The position numbers and the translations under genes are program-made. Below are positions 55,839 to 57,897 of a DNA stretch of 57,897 nucleotides, one piece after another; position 1 is the first letter of the stretch, and each line of letters begins with the position of its first letter. Origin of the DNA: Promethearchaeia archaeon (lineage in GTDB: Archaea; Asgardarchaeota; Lokiarchaeia; Sigyniarchaeales; SOKP01); assembly GCA_029856085.1 (NCBI GenBank), contig JAHQWI010000034.1, forward strand, positions 1 through 57,897. Direction: 5' to 3'. The notes beneath the pieces were generated by a model. The model did no database searches, was not told the DNA's origin, and was given only the letters and a program-made list of their open reading frames with translations.

Positions 55839-57032
55839 ATGGTATATATTGATAAGGCTAAATTACAAGCTTTATTTAGATGGTACATGCAGGAAGTGGG
55901 GGAATCCTTAATATCAGTGCTTATAGTAGGTCATGATGGTTTAGTAGTAGAAATTTTAACACGGGATCCAGAGAATGTAGATGAGAAAAAATTTGTAGGA
56001 GCATTTAGTGCCTTAGTTGAATTAATACTTAAGAAAATAACTCAAGACTTTGATATTGGTACTTTTGGTGCCGGTACTTTTGATACAGACAAATTTCGTT
56101 TTATCTTTTGCGAATCTGGATCAGATCATGTATTAGTGTCTATCCTTCATCCTAACGCTTTTGTTGATGACATTTTTCCATATACTTATTTAGCAGCGGA
56201 TAAAGTAGCACGAATAATTGATGGTGAATTGCCTGTTAGCCCAGTTATTCCTAAGATTAAGAGACAGACCGAAGTAGAAAAAATCAAACATAAAATGGAA
56301 TATTATCAGAAAGCACCTCTTTCATCTAATTATGTTTATAAATTGAGCTTAATTGGTGATGGTGGTGTAGGAAAAACCAGCATGGCACAAAGATATGTTC
56401 ATGGAATATTTAAAGCAGATTATAAAGCTACTATTGGAACTTTTATTTCTAAAAAAGAATGTCAATTTGATGAATTAAATACTACTGTAAGATTCATGAT
56501 TTGGGATTTAGCAGGTCAAAGTCAATTTCAACGCCTTTGGCCAGATTATCTAACTGATTCACGTGCAGGTATTATAGTTTTTGATATAACAAATCGAGAG
56601 TCATTTGAAAATGTGAAAAAATGGTATGATATTATTACAGAAGTAGCTTTTCAAAACATAGTGTTAATATTGGTAGGAAATAAAGTAGACTTAGGTAACT
56701 CAAGAGAAATTACTACTGAAGAAGGCATGGAATTGGCAAAAGAATTAGATTTATATTATATGGAAACCTCAGCAAAAACAAGTGAAAACATTGATGATGT
56801 TTTCGAATGGATAGCACTCCAAATAATTAATATGAATATTGAAGAAGTAAAGGATACTATACTAGATAAACAAATTGAGGAGGGTAATAAATTTGTAATT
56901 TCAAGCCCTCAATTAAAAATTTTAACCCAGTTTTTTACTAAACAGTTAGACTATTGTATCGGTAAAAGCGATACTAAAGAAATTATAAAATACTTAGATA
57001 TTTTAAAGTCGATACAAAAAAATATGTTATAA
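55839..57032 (+). CDS. Roadblock/LC7-domain - Ras/Rab-like small GTPase fusion protein
   Basis: Residues ~1-125 look Roadblock/MglB-like (SVLIVGHDGLVVEIL...FIFCESGSDHVLVSIL). Residues ~166-335 carry G1 GDGGVGKTS, TIGT, G3 WDLAGQ, G4 GNKVD and G5 TSAK. There is also a C-terminal tail of about 60 aa. Confidence 0.85.
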   Translation: MVYIDKAKLQALFRWYMQEVGESLISVLIVGHDGLVVEILTRDPENVDEKKFVGAFSALVELILKKITQDFDIGTFGAGTFDTDKFRFIFCESGSDHVLVSILHPNAFVDDIFPYTYLAADKVARIIDGELPVSPVIPKIKRQTEVEKIKHKMEYYQKAPLSSNYVYKLSLIGDGGVGKTSMAQRYVHGIFKADYKATIGTFISKKECQFDELNTTVRFMIWDLAGQSQFQRLWPDYLTDSRAGIIVFDITNRESFENVKKWYDIITEVAFQNIVLILVGNKVDLGNSREITTEEGMELAKELDLYYMETSAKTSENIDDVFEWIALQIINMNIEEVKDTILDKQIEEGNKFVISSPQLKILTQFFTKQLDYCIGKSDTKEIIKYLDILKSIQKNML

Positions 57033-57247
57033 GTTATCCCAAAAGATTTTATGAATCAATATATAGACTCGGTTTAAATGGTTTTGCCTTATTCGATTTC
57101 ATTTTTGGATTAAATTCGAATTTTTAACTATTCTCTAAATAAAACTTATGGAATGTAAATTGTTAAATATAATCCTTTTTTTCTAAAATTTACATTTAAT
57201 TAACTTATTAAATCTAATAAATTTTAATAAGTGGGGATGAGAATTGT

Positions 57248-57897
57248 TTGAAAGAAAATACTGATAGCTATAAACTTTTAAATGAATCTGAAGAAATGTA
57301 TAAAAATATCATCAGTAACCTTATAGACATAATAGTAGTGTTAGATTTAAAAGGAAATTTCTTATATGTCAGTCCTCAAATTTATGATATTTCCGGATTT
57401 AAACAAGAGGAGCTAATAGGCAAAAGCGGTTTTAAATTTATGCATCCTGATGATATAAAAAAAGCCGTTGATGTATTAAAGGAAGCAATAGAAAAGGGGA
57501 AGAAAATGTACATTGAATATCGAACTATACATAAAAAAGGACATTATATAGATGTGTCTGCAAATGGGAGAATAGTAAATATGGAAGGAGAAGACAGAGT
57601 TTACGCAATTGTAAGGGATATCTCTGGGCAAAAAAGCTCTGAACAAAAATTGAAAGAATCTGAAAATATGTATAAAACTCTAAGTAATGAATTAGAGGAT
57701 ATATTCGATAGAATCCCAGATAAGATTTTCTGTAAAAATAGAAAGGGTGAATATACTCAAGTAAACCAAGCTTTTGCGGATACATTCAATCTTAATAAAG
57801 AAGAGATTATTGGAAAAACTTCGTTTGATTTTTTCCCATCAGATCATGCAGAAATATTTCATGAAAATGATTTAAAAGTAATGCGAAGTGGTAAACC
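57248..57897 (+). CDS. PAS-domain sensor protein (partial; continues beyond the window end)
   Basis: The frame is open from 57221 to the window end. TTG at 57248 lies about 10 nt after GGGGAT; ATG at 57296 is an alternative start. Two PAS units are visible (NLIDIIVVLDLKGNFLYVSPQIYDISGFKQEELIGKSGFKFMHPDD, then FDRIPDKIFCKNRKGEYTQVNQAFADTFN). Not in the track because it is truncated. Confidence 0.8.
   Translation, partial: MKENTDSYKLLNESEEMYKNIISNLIDIIVVLDLKGNFLYVSPQIYDISGFKQEELIGKSGFKFMHPDDIKKAVDVLKEAIEKGKKMYIEYRTIHKKGHYIDVSANGRIVNMEGEDRVYAIVRDISGQKSSEQKLKESENMYKTLSNELEDIFDRIPDKIFCKNRKGEYTQVNQAFADTFNLNKEEIIGKTSFDFFPSDHAEIFHENDLKVMRSGK

Noticed and set aside
1-57897. Scan for tRNA/rRNA genes, transposases/IS ends, integrases and CRISPR repeats
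   Set aside because: No GC-rich cloverleaf-like islands appear in the AT-rich spacers. No ORF has transposase or integrase motifs, and there are no regularly spaced short repeats.

Overview
This is an AT-rich, gene-dense window with about 55 protein genes. I found no rRNA, tRNA, CRISPR array or transposase. The content looks archaeal: multi-subunit 2-oxoacid:ferredoxin oxidoreductases, an HdrA-MvhD fusion, a DUF35 protein plus SCP-x-type thiolases, a TrmB-like regulator, frequent GTG/TTG starts and oligo-T terminators. Four Ras/Rab-like small GTPases, one fused to a Roadblock/LC7 domain, point to an Asgard (Lokiarchaeia-like) genome; that assignment is inference. Much of the window is anaerobic acyl-CoA and 2-oxoacid metabolism: abfD, crotonase, an ACAD-EtfAB-thiolase operon, the methylmalonyl-CoA mutase large subunit, two OFOR clusters and hdrA-mvhD. 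The most interesting locus is 33.1-41.5 kb, which holds a duplicated cassette. Each copy has a Ras-like GTPase and a conserved ~30-codon micropeptide gene on the minus strand, facing a large protein with two winged-helix domains and a C-terminal TPR array. One copy has four extra small genes inserted, two of them paralogues. These small genes share a promoter-region motif and an LNP-x-x-aromatic peptide motif with the micropeptides. The layout resembles HTH-TPR peptide receptors with an adjacent peptide gene (RRNPP logic) combined with a trans-encoded GTPase switch, and I do not know of a described equivalent. Other notable items: a circularly permuted TPP-binding beta subunit in one OFOR; an OFOR-HdrA/MvhD operon; a candidate RWD/E2-like-JAB fusion next to a HEPN-MNT pair; a Roadblock-GTPase gene between PAS sensor genes; and a higher-GC VOC gene flanked by 43-bp direct repeats.
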